Origin: Auanema rhodensis
Lineage: Eukaryota > Animalia > Nematoda
Assembly: GCA_964057225.1 (NCBI GenBank)
Contig: OZ059896.1
Coordinates: 1,488,001-1,552,000 of the forward strand
DNA: 64,000 nucleotides
Reading direction: 5' to 3'
Shown: one piece after another, positions 1-13,100 of the stretch
Numbering within the stretch: position 1 is the first letter of the stretch
Layout: each line of letters opens with the position of its first letter
Notes under the pieces: generated by a model
What the model was told of the DNA's origin: nothing
Databases searched by the model: none
Seen by the model: only the letters and a program-made list of their open reading frames with translations
Position numbers and translations under genes: made by a program

Positions 1-3000
1 ATGATCGTTTGAAAAATGATGCATTAGTGTATGTTGAGTTTCCATGTACACTCAAAATTGCTTCCAAAAACATTTTGACAAAAATTTTTTCGAAAAATTT
101 CAAAATAATTTAGCGAAAAGTAGATGTTTTTAGATTCCTTTTTTCAAGGCAAAAACGAAGGACAATGTAATTCAACGAAAAAATTAATTCTTCAGGGTGA
201 AAATCGAGGATATAGGTGTGAACTTATATCAGTTGATATCTCGGTGCATTTTCAAGCCAGCGCAAATCTGATAGTACAGATCGACGCAGCTTAAAAATCC
301 GCATCGAATGCACTATACTACATTGAGAAACGCTTAATACAAAAATTAGTTATGATCGTTTGAAAAATGATGCATTAGTGTATGTTGAGTTTCCATGTAC
401 ACTCCAAATTGCTTCCAAAAACATTTTGACAAAAATTTTTTCGAAAAATTTCAAAATAATTTAGCGAAAAGTAGATGTTTTTAGATTCCTTTTTTCGAGG
501 CAAAAACGATGGACAATGTTATTCAACGAAAAAATTAATTCTTCAGGGTGAAAATCGAGGATATAAGTGTGAACTTATATCAGTTGATATCTCGGTGCAT
601 TTTTAAGCTAGCGGAAATTTGATAACACAGATCGACGCAGCTTAAAAATCCGCATCGAATGCACTATACTACATTGAGAAACGCTTAATACAAAAATTAG
701 TTATGATCGTTTGAAAAATGATGCATTAGTGTATGTTGAGTTTCCATGTACACTCAACATTGCTTCCAAAAACATTTTGACAAAAATTTTTTCGAAAAAT
801 TTCAAAATAATTTAGCGAAAAGTAGATGTTTTTAGATTCCTTTTTTCGAGGCGAAAACGATGGACAATGTTATTCAACGAAAAAATTAATTCTTCAGGGT
901 GAAAATCGAGGATATAAGTGTGAACTTATATCAGTTGATATCTCGGTGCATTTTCAAGCTAGCGCAAATCTGATAGTACAGATCGACGCAGCTTAAAAAT
1001 CCGCATCGAATGCACTATACTACATTGAGAAACGCTTAATACAAAAATTAGTTATGATCGTTTGAAAAATGATGCATTAGTGTATGTTGAGTTTCCATGT
1101 ACACTCAAAATTGCTTCCAAAAACATTTTGACAAAAATTTTTTCAAAAAATTTCAAAATAATTTAGCGAAAAGTAGATGTTTTTAGATTTCTTTTTTCAA
1201 GGCAAAAACGATGGACAATGTTATTCAACGAAAAAATTAATTCTTCAGGGTGAAAATCGAGGATATAGGTGTGAACTTATATCAGTTGATATCTCGGTGC
1301 ATTTTCAAGCTAGCGCAAATCTGATAGTACAGATCGACGCAGCTTAAAAATCCGCATCGAATGCACTATACTACATTGAGAAACGCTTAATACAAAATTT
1401 AGTTATGATCGTTTGAAAAATGATGCATTAGTGTATGTTGAGTTTCCATGTACACTCAACATTGCTTCCAAAAACATTTTGACAAAACTTTTTTCGAAAA
1501 ATTTCAAAATAATTTAGCGAAAAGTAGATGTTTTTAGATTCCTTTTTTCAAGGCAAAAACGAAGGACAATGTTATTCAACGAAAAAATTAATTCTTCAGG
1601 GTGAAAATCGAGGATATAGGTGTGAACTTATATCAGTTGATATCTCGGTGCATTTTCAAGCTAGCGCAAATCTGATAGTACAGATCGACGCAGCTTAAAA
1701 ATCCGCATCGAATGCACTATACTACATTGAGAAACGCTTAATACAAAATTTAGTTATGATCGTTTGAAAAATGATGCATTAGTGTATGTTGAGTTTCCAT
1801 GTACACTCAACATTGCTTCCAAAAACATTTTGACAAAACTTTTTTCGAAAAATTTCAAAATAATTTAGCGAAAAGTAGATGTTTTTAGATTCCTTTTTTC
1901 AAGGCAAAAACGAAGGACAATGTAATTCAACGAAAAAATTAATTCTTCAGGGTGAAAATCGAGGATATAAGTGTGAACTTATATCAGTTCATATCTCGGT
2001 GCATTTTCAAGCTAGCGCAAATCTGATAGTACAGATCGACGCAGCTTAAAAATCCGCATCGAATGCACTATACTAAATTGAGAAACGCTTAATACAAAAA
2101 TTAGTTATGATCGTTTGAAAAATGATGCATTAGTGTATGTTGAGTTTCCATGTACACTCAACATTGCTTCCAAAAACATTTTGACAAAAATTTTTTCGAA
2201 AAATTTCAAAATAATTTAGCAAAAAGTAGATGTTTTTAGATTCCTTTTTTTCAAGGCAAAAACGAAGGACAATGTAATTCAACGAAAAAATTAATTCTTC
2301 GGGGTGAAAATCGAGGATATAAGTGTGAACTTATATCAGTTGATATCTCGGTGCATTTTCAAGCCAGCGCAAATCTGATAGTACAGATCGACGCAGCTTA
2401 AAAATCCGCATCGAATGCACTATACTACATTGAGAAACGCTTAATACAAAAATTAGTTATGATCGTTTGAAAAATGATGCATTAGTGTATGTTGAGTTTC
2501 CATGTACACTCCAAATTGCTTCCAAAAACATTTTGACAAAAATTTTTTCGAAAAATTTCAAAATAATTTAGCGAAAAGTAGATGTTTTTAGATTCCTTTT
2601 TTCGAGGCAAAAACGATGGACAATGTTATTCAACGAAAAAATTAATTCTTCAGGGTGAAAATCGAGGATATAAGTGTGAACTTATATCAGTTGATATCTC
2701 GGTGCATTTTTGAGCTAGCGGAAATTTGATAACACAGATCGACGCAGCTTAAAAATCCGCATCGAATGCACTATACTACATTGAGAAACGCTTAATACAA
2801 AAATTAGTTATGATCGTTTGAAAAATGATGCATTAGTGTATGTTGAGTTTCCATGTACACTCAAAATTGCTTCCAAAAACATTTTGACAAAAATTTTTTC
2901 GAAAAATTTCAAAATAATTTAGCGAAAAGTAGATGTTTTTAGATTCCTTTTTTCAAGGCAAAAACGAAGGACAATGTAATTCAACGAAAAAATTAATTCT

Positions 3001-5266
3001 TCAGGGTGAAAATCGAGGATATAGGTGTGAACTTATATCAGTTGATATCTCGGTGCATTTTCAAGCCAGCGCAAATCTGATAGTACAGATCGACGCAGCT
3101 TAAAAATCCGCATCGAATGCACTATACTACATTGAGAAACGCTTAATACAAAAATTAGTTATGATCGTTTGAAAAATGATGCATTAGTGTATGTTGAGTT
3201 TCCATGTACACTCCAAATTGCTTCCAAAAACATTTTGACAAAAATTTTTTCGAAAAATTTCAAAATAATTTAGCGAAAAGTAGATGTTTTTAGATTCCTT
3301 TTTTCGAGGCAAAAACGATGGACAATGTTATTCAACGAAAAAATTAATTCTTCAGGGTGAAAATCGAGGATATAAGTGTGAACTTATATCAGTTGATATC
3401 TCGGTGCATTTTTAAGCTAGCGGAAATTTGATAACACACATCGACGCAGCTTAAAAATCCGCATCGAATGCACTATACTACATTGAGAAACGCTTAATAC
3501 AAAAATTAGTTATGATCGTTTGAAAAATGATGCATTAGTGTATGTTGAGTTTCCATGTACACTCAACATTGCTTCCAAAAACATTTTGACAAAAATTTTT
3601 TCGAAAAATTTCAAAATAATTTAGCGAAAAGTAGATGTTTTTAGATTCCTTTTTTCAAGGCAAAAACGAAGGACAATGTAATTCAACGAAAAAATTAATT
3701 CTGCAGGGTGAAAATCGAGGATATAAGTGTGAACTTATATCAGTTCATATCTCGGTGCATTTTCAAGCTAGCGCAAATCTGATAGTACAGATCAACGCAG
3801 CTTAAAAATCCGCATCGAATGCACTATACTACATTGAGAAACGCTTAATACAAAAATTAGTTATGATCGTTTGAAAAATGATTCATTAGTGTATGTTGAG
3901 TTTCCATGTACACTCAAAATTGCTTCCAAAAACATTTTGACAAAAATTTTTTCGAAAAATTTCAAAATAATTTAGCGAAAAGTAAATGTTTTTAGATTCC
4001 TTTTTTCGAGGCGAAAACGATGGACAATGTTATTCAACGAAAAAATTAATTCTTCAGGGTGAAAATCGAGGATATAAGTGTGAACTTATATCAGTTGATA
4101 TCTCGGTGCATTTTCAAGCTAGCGCAAATCTGATAGTACAGATCGACGCAGCTTAAAAATCCGCATCGAATGCACTATACTACATTGAGAAACGCTTAAT
4201 ACAAAAATTAGTTATGATCGTTTGAAAAATGATGCATTAGTGTATGTTGAGTTTCCATGTACACTCAAAATTGCTTCCAAAAACATTTTGACAAAAATTT
4301 TTTCAAAAAATTTCAAAATAATTTAGCGAAAAGTAGATGTTTTTAGATTCCTTTTTTCAAGGCAAAAACGATGGACAATGTTATTCAACGAAAAAATTAA
4401 TTCTTCAGGGTGAAAATCGAGGATATAGGTGTGAACTTATATCAGTTGATATCTCGGTGCATTTTCAAGCTAGCGCAAATCTGATAGTACAGATCGACGC
4501 AGCTTAAAAATCCGCATCGAATGCACTATACTACATTGAGAAACGCTTAATACAAAAATTAGTTATGATCGTTTGAAAAATGATGCATTAGTGTATGTTG
4601 AGTTTCCATGTACACTCAAAATTGCTTCCAAAAACATTTTGACAAAAATTTTTTCAAAAAATTTCAAAATAATTTAGCGAAAAGTAGATGTTTTTAGATT
4701 CCTTTTTTCAAGGCAAAAACGATGGACAATGTTATTCAACGAAAAAATTAGTTCTTCAGGGTGAAAATCGAGGATATAGGTGTGAACTTATATCAGTTGA
4801 TATCTCGGTGCATTTTCAAGCTAGCGCAAATCTGATAGTACAGATCGACGCAGCTTAAAAATCCGCATCGAATGCACTATACTACATTGAGAAACGCTTA
4901 ATACAAAATTTAGTTATGATCGTTTGAAAAATGATGCATTAGTGTATGTTGAGTTTCCATGTACACTCAAAATTGCTTCCAAAAACATTTTGACAAAAAT
5001 TTTTTCAAAAAATTTCAAAATAATTTAGCGAAAAGTAGATGTTTTTAGATTCCTTTTTTCAAGGCAAAAACGATGGACAATGTTATTCAACGAAAAAATT
5101 AATTCTTCAGGGTGAAAATCGAGGATATAGGTGTGAACTTATATCAGTTGATATCTCGGTGCATTTTCAAGCTAGCGCAAATCTGATAGTACAGATCGAC
5201 GCAGCTTAAAAATCCGCATCGAATGCACTATACTACATTGAGAAACGCTTAATACAAAATTTAGTT

Positions 5267-8200
5267 ATGATCGTTTGAAAAATGATGCATTAGTGTATGT
5301 TGAGTTTCCATGTACACTCAACATTGCTTCCAAAAACATTTTGACAAAACTTTTTTCGAAAAATTTCAAAATAATTTAGCGAAAAGTAGATGTTTTTAGA
5401 TTCCTTTTTTCAAGGCAAAAACGAAGGACAATGTAATTCAACGAAAAAATTAATTCTTCAGGGTGAAAATCGAGGATATAAGTGTGAACTTATATCAGTT
5501 CATATCTCGGTGCATTTTCAAGCTAGCGCAAATCTGATAGTACAGATCGACGCAGCTTAAAAATCCGCATCGAATGCACTATACTAAATTGAGAAACGCT
5601 TAATACAAAAATTAGTTATGATCGTTTGAAAAATGATGCATTAGTGTATGTTGAGTTTCCATGTACACTCAAAATTGCTTCCAAAAACATTTTGACAAAA
5701 ATTTTTTCAAAAAATTTCAAAATAATTTAGCGAAAAGTAGATGTTTTTAGATTCCTTTTTTCAAGGCAAAAACGATGGACAATGTTATTCAACGAAAAAA
5801 TTAATTCTTCAGGGTGAAAATCGAGGATATAGGTGTGAACTTATATCAGTTGATATCTCGGTGCATTTTCAAGCTAGCGCAAATCTGATAGTACAGATCG
5901 ACGCAGCTTAAAAATCCGCATCGAATGCACTATACTACATTGAGAAACGCTTAATACAAAAATTAGTTATGATCGTTTGAAAAATGATGCATTAGTGTAT
6001 GTTGAGTTTCCATGTACACTCAAAATTGCTTCCAAAAACATTTTGACAAAAATTTTTTCAAAAAATTTCAAAATAATTTAGCGAAAAGTAGATGTTTTTA
6101 GATTCCTTTTTTCAAGGCAAAAACGATGGACAATGTTATTCAACGAAAAAATTAATTCTTCAGGGTGAAAATCGAGGATATAGGTGTGAACTTATATCAG
6201 TTGATATCTCGGTGCATTTTCAAGCTAGCGCAAATCTGATAGTACAGATCGACGCAGCTTAAAAATCCGCATCGAATGCACTATACTACATTGAGAAACG
6301 CTTAATACAAAATTTAGTTATGATCGTTTGAAAAATGATGCATTAGTGTATGTTGAGTTTCCATGTACACTCAAAATTGCTTCCAAAAACATTTTGACAA
6401 AAATTTTTTCAAAAAATTTCAAAATAATTTAGCGAAAAGTAGATGTTTTTAGATTCCTTTTTTCAAGGCAAAAACGATGGACAATGTTATTCAACGAAAA
6501 AATTAATTCTTCAGGGTGAAAATCGAGGATATAGGTGTGAACTTATATCAGTTGATATCTCGGTGCATTTTCAAGCTAGCGCAAATCTGATAGTACAGAT
6601 CGACGCAGCTTAAAAATCCGCATCGAATGCACTATACTACATTGAGAAACGCTTAATACAAAATTTAGTTATGATCGTTTGAAAAATGATGCATTAGTGT
6701 ATGTTGAGTTTCCATGTACACTCAACATTGCTTCCAAAAACATTTTGACAAAACTTTTTTCGAAAAATTTCAAAATAATTTAGCGAAAAGTAGATGTTTT
6801 TAGATTCCTTTTTTCAAGGCAAAAACGAAGGACAATGTAATTCAACGAAAAAATTAATTCTTCAGGGTGAAAATCGAGGATATAAGTGTGAACTTATATC
6901 AGTTCATATCTCGGTGCATTTTCAAGCTAGCGCAAATCTGATAGTACAGATCGACGCAGCTTAAAAATCCGCATCGAATGCACTATACTAAATTGAGAAA
7001 CGCTTAATACAAAAATTAGTTATGATCGTTTGAAAAATGATGCATTAGTGTATGTTGAGTTTCCATGTACACTCAACATTGCTTCCAAAAACATTTTGAC
7101 AAAAATTTTTTCGAAAAATTTCAAAATAATTTAGCAAAAAGTAGATGTTTTTAGATTCCTTTTTTCGAGGCAAAAACGATGGACAATGTTATTCAACGAA
7201 AAAATTAATTCTTCGGGGTGAAAATCGAGGATATAAGTGTGAACTTATATCAGTTGATATCTCGGTGCATTTTCAAGCTAGCGCAAATCTGATAGTACAG
7301 ATCGACGCAGCTTAAAAATCCGCATCGAATGCACTATACTACATTGAGAAACGCTTAATACAAAAATTAGTTATGATCGTTTGAAAAATGATGCATTAGT
7401 GTATGTTGAGTTTCCATGTACACTCAACATTGCTTCCAAAAACATTTTGACAAAAATTTTTTCGAAAATTTCAAAATAATTTAGCAAAAAGTAGATGTTT
7501 TTAGATTCCTTTTTTCAAGGCAAAAACGATGGACAATGTTATTCAACGAAAAAATTAATTCTTCAGGGTGAAAATCGAGGATATAGGTGTGAACTTATAT
7601 CAGTTGATATCTCGGTGCATTTTCAAGCTAGCGCAAATCTGATAGTACAGATCGACGCAGCTTAAAAATCCGCATCGAATGCACTATACTACATTGAGAA
7701 ACGCTTAATACAAAATTTAGTTATGATCGTTTGAAAAATGATGCATTAGTGTATGTTGAGTTTCCATGTACACTCAACATTGCTTCCAAAAACATTTTGA
7801 CAAAACTTTTTTCGAAAAATTTCAAAATAATTTAGCGAAAAGTAGATGTTTTTAGATTCCTTTTTTCAAGGCAAAAACGAAGGACAATGTAATTCAACGA
7901 AAAAATTAATTCTTCAGGGTGAAAATCGAGGATATAAGTGTGAACTTATATCAGTTCATATCTCGGTGCATTTTCAAGCTAGCGCAAATCTGATAGTACA
8001 GATCGACGCAGCTTAAAAATCCGCATCGAATGCACTATACTAAATTGAGAAACGCTTAATACAAAAATTAGTTATGATCGTTTGAAAAATGATGCATTAG
8101 TGTATGTTGAGTTTCCATGTACACTCAAAATTGCTTCCAAAAACATTTTGACAAAAATTTTTTCAAAAAATTTCAAAATAATTTAGCGAAAAGTAGATGT

Positions 8201-10178
8201 TTTTAGATTCCTTTTTTCAAGGCAAAAACGATGGACAATGTTATTCAACGAAAAAATTAATTCTTCAGGGTGAAAATCGAGGATATAGGTGTGAACTTAT
8301 ATCAGTTGATATCTCGGTGCATTTTCAAGCTAGCGCAAATCTGATAGTACAGATCGACGCAGCTTAAAAATCCGCATCGAATGCACTATACTACATTGAG
8401 AAACGCTTAATACAAAAATTAGTTATGATCGTTTGAAAAATGATGCATTAGTGTATGTTGAGTTTCCATGTACACTCAAAATTGCTTCCAAAAACATTTT
8501 GACAAAAATTTTTTCAAAAAATTTCAAAATAATTTAGCGAAAAGTAGATGTTTTTAGATTCCTTTTTTCAAGGCAAAAACGATGGACAATGTTATTCAAC
8601 GAAAAAATTAATTCTTCAGGGTGAAAATCGAGGATATAGGTGTGAACTTATATCAGTTGATATCTCGGTGCATTTTCAAGCTAGCGCAAATCTGATAGTA
8701 CAGATCGACGCAGCTTAAAAATCCGCATCGAATGCACTATACTACATTGAGAAACGCTTAATACAAAATTTAGTTATGATCGTTTGAAAAATGATGCATT
8801 AGTGTATGTTGAGTTTCCATGTACACTCAAAATTGCTTCCAAAAACATTTTGACAAAAATTTTTTCAAAAAATTTCAAAATAATTTAGCGAAAAGTAGAT
8901 GTTTTTAGATTCCTTTTTTCAAGGCAAAAACGATGGACAATGTTATTCAACGAAAAAATTAATTCTTCAGGGTGAAAATCGAGGATATAGGTGTGAACTT
9001 ATATCAGTTGATATCTCGGTGCATTTTCAAGCTAGCGCAAATCTGATAGTACAGATCGACGCAGCTTAAAAATCCGCATCGAATGCACTATACTACATTG
9101 AGAAACGCTTAATACAAAATTTAGTTATGATCGTTTGAAAAATGATGCATTAGTGTATGTTGAGTTTCCATGTACACTCAACATTGCTTCCAAAAACATT
9201 TTGACAAAACTTTTTTCGAAAAATTTCAAAATAATTTAGCGAAAAGTAGATGTTTTTAGATTCCTTTTTTCAAGGCAAAAACGAAGGACAATGTAATTCA
9301 ACGAAAAAATTAATTCTTCAGGGTGAAAATCGAGGATATAAGTGTGAACTTATATCAGTTCATATCTCGGTGCATTTTCAAGCTAGCGCAAATCTGATAG
9401 TACAGATCGACGCAGCTTAAAAATCCGCATCGAATGCACTATACTAAATTGAGAAACGCTTAATACAAAAATTAGTTATGATCGTTTGAAAAATGATGCA
9501 TTAGTGTATGTTGAGTTTCCATGTACACTCAACATTGCTTCCAAAAACATTTTGACAAAAATTTTTTCGAAAAATTTCAAAATAATTTAGCAAAAAGTAG
9601 ATGTTTTTAGATTCCTTTTTTCGAGGCAAAAACGATGGACAATGTTATTCAACGAAAAAATTAATTCTTCGGGGTGAAAATCGAGGATATAAGTGTGAAC
9701 TTATATCAGTTGATATCTCGGTGCATTTTCAAGCTAGCGCAAATCTGATAGTACAGATCGACGCAGCTTAAAAATCCGCATCGAATGCACTATACTACAT
9801 TGAGAAACGCTTAATACAAAAATTAGTTATGATCGTTTGAAAAATGATGCATTAGTGTATGTTGAGTTTCCATGTACACTCAACATTGCTTCCAAAAACA
9901 TTTTGACAAAAATTTTTTCGAAAATTTCAAAATAATTTAGCAAAAAGTAGATGTTTTTAGATTCCTTTTTTCAAGGCAAAAACGATGGACAATGTTATTC
10001 AACGAAAAAATTAATTCTTCAGGGTGAAAATCGAGGATATAGGTGTGAACTTATATCAGTTGATATCTCGGTGCATTTTCAAGCCAGCGCAAATCTGATA
10101 GTACAGATCGACGCAGCTTAAAAATCCGCATCGAATGCACTATACTACATTAAGAAACGCTTAATACAAAAATTAGTT
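5267..10178 (+). repeat. 7-monomer (2456-bp) tandem higher-order duplication in the 351-bp array
   Basis: The same order of variant monomers occurs at 5267-7722 and 7723-10178: AAAACTT/GTTCAT/TACTAAAT type, three TCAAAAAA types, AAAACTT type, CGGGG type, then a 350-bp deletion type. Offset 2456 = 7x351-1. The final monomers differ in their 3' parts. Confidence 0.85.
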
Positions 10179-13100
10179 ATGATCGTTTGAAAAATGATGC
10201 ATTAGTGTATGTTGAGTTTCTATGTACACTCCAAATTGCTTCCAAAAACATTTTGACAAAAATTTTTTCGAAAAATTTCAAAATAATTTAGCGAAAAGTA
10301 GATGTTTTTAGATTCCTTTTTTTGAGGCAAAAACGATGGACAATGTTATTCAACGAAAAAATTAATTCTTCAGGGTGAAAATCGAGGATATAAGTGTGAA
10401 CTTATATCAGTTGATATCTCGGTGCATTTTTAAGCTAGCGGAAATTTGATAGTACAGATCGACGCAGCTTAAAAATCCGCATCGAATGCACTATACCACA
10501 TTGAGAAACGCTTAATACAAAAATTAGTTATGATCGTTTGAAAAATGATGCATTAGTGTATGTTGAGTTTCCATGTACACTCAAAATTGCTTCCAAAAAC
10601 ATTTTGACAAAAATTTTTTCGAAAAATTTCAAAATAATTTAGCGAAAAGTAGATGTTTTTAGATTCCTTTTTTCAAGGCAAAAACGATGGACAATGTTAT
10701 TCAACAAAAAAATTAATTCTTCAGGGTGAAAATCGAGGATATAGGTGTGAACTTATATCAGTTGATATCTCGGTGCATTTTTAAGCTAGCGCAAATCTGA
10801 TAGTACAGATCGACGCAGCTTAATAATCCGCATCGAATGCACTATACTACATTGAGAAACGCTTAATACAAAAATTAGTTATGATCTTTTGAAAAATGAT
10901 GCATTAGTGTATGTTGAGTTTCCATGTACACTCAAAATTGCTTCCAAAAACATTTTGACAAAAATTTTTTCGAAAAATTTCAAAATAATTTAGCAAAAAG
11001 TAGATGTTTTTAGATTCCTTTTTTCGAGGCAAAAACGATGGACAATGTTATTCAACGAAAAAATTAATTCTTCAGGGTGAAAATCGAGGATATAAGTGTG
11101 AACTTATATCAGTTGATATCTCGGTGCATTTTCGAGCTAGCGCAAATCTGATAGTACAGATCGACGCAGCTTAAAAATCCGCATCGAATGCACTATACTA
11201 CATTGAGAAACGCTCAATACAAAAATAAGTTATGATCGTTTGAAAAATGATGCATTAGTGTATGTTGAGTTTCCATGTACACTCAAAATTGCTTCCAAAA
11301 ACATTTTGACAAAAATTTTTTCGAAAAATTTCAAAATAATTTAGCGAAAAGTAGATGTTTTTAGATTCCTTTTTTCAAGGCAAAAACGAAGGACAATGTA
11401 ATTCAACGAAAAAATTAATTCTTCAGGGTGAAAATCGAGGATATAGGTGTGAACTTATATCAGTTGATATCTCGGTGCATTTTCAAGCCAGCGCAAATCT
11501 GATAGTACAGATCGACGCAGCTTAAAAATCCGCATCGAATGCATTATACTACATTGAGAAACGCTTAATACAAAAATTAGTTATGATCGTTTGAAAAATG
11601 ATGCATTAGTGTATGTTGAGTTTCCATGTACACTCCAAATTGCTTCCAAAAACATTTTGACAAAAATTTTTTCGAAAAATTTCAAAATAATTTAGCGAAA
11701 AGTAGATGTTTTTAGATTCCTTTTTTCGAGGCAAAAACGATGGACAATGTTATTCAACGAAAAAATTAATTCTCCAGGGTGAAAATCGAGGATATAAGTG
11801 TGAACTTATATCAGTTGATTTCTCGGTGCATTTTTAAGCTAGCGGAAATTTGATAACACAGATCGACGCAGCTTAAAAATCCGCATCGAATGCACTATAC
11901 TACATTGAGAAACGCTTAATACAAAAATTAGTTATGATCGTTTGAAAAATGATGCATTAGTGTATGTTGAGTTTCCATGTACACTCAACATTGCTTCCAA
12001 AAACATTTTGACAAAAATTTTTTCGAAAAATTTCAAAATAATTTAGCGAAAAGTAGATGTTTTTAGATTCCTTTTTTCGAGGCGAAAACGATGGACAATA
12101 ATATTCAACGAAAAAATTAATTCTTCAGGGTGAAAATCGAGGATATAAGTGTGAACTTATATCAGTTGATATCTCGGTGCATTTTCAAGCTAGCGCAAAT
12201 CTGATAGTACAGATCGACGCAGCTTAAAAATCCGCATCGAATGCACTATACTACATTGAGAAACGCTTAATACAAAAATTAGTTATGATCGTTTGAAAAA
12301 TGATGCATTAGTGTATGTTGAGTTTCCATGTACACTCAAAATTGCTTCCAAAAACATTTTGACAAAAATTTTTTCAAAAAATTTCAAAATAATTTAGCGA
12401 AAAGTAGATGTTTTTAGATTTCTTTTTTCAAGGCAAAAACGATGGACAATGTTATTCAACGAAAAAATTAATTCTTCAGGGTGAAAATCGAGGATATAGG
12501 TGTGAACTTATATCAGTTGATATCTCGGTGCATTTTCAAGCTAGCGCAAATCTGATAGTACAGATCGACGCAGCTTAAAAATCCGCATCGAATGCACTAT
12601 ACTACATTGAGAAACGCTTAATACAAAATTTAGTTATGATCGTTTGAAAAATGATGCATTAGTGTATGTTGAGTTTCCATGTACACTCAACATTGCTTCC
12701 AAAAACATTTTGACAAAAATTTTTTCGAAAAATTTCAAAATAATTTAGCGAAAAGTAGATGTTTTTAGATTCCTTTTTTCAAGGCAAAAACGAAGGACAA
12801 TGTAATTCAACGAAAAAATCAATTCTTCAGGGTGAAAATCGAGGATATAAGTGTGAACTTATATCAGTTCATATCTCGGTGCATTTTCAAGCTAGCGCAA
12901 ATCTGATAGTACAGATCGACGCAGCTTAAAAATCCGCATCGAATGCACTATACTACATTGAGAAACGCTCAATACAAAAATAAGTTATGATCGTTTGAAA
13001 AATGATGCATTAGTGTATGTTGAGTTTCCATGTACACTCAAAATTGCTTCCAAAAACATTTTGACAAAAATTTTTTCGAAAAATTTCAAAATAATTTAGC

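Noticed and set aside
1-351. 351-bp unit as a direct dimer of the 176-bp unit or of two similar halves
   Set aside because: I see no continuous alignment between its halves or to the 176-bp monomer, only short shared motifs.
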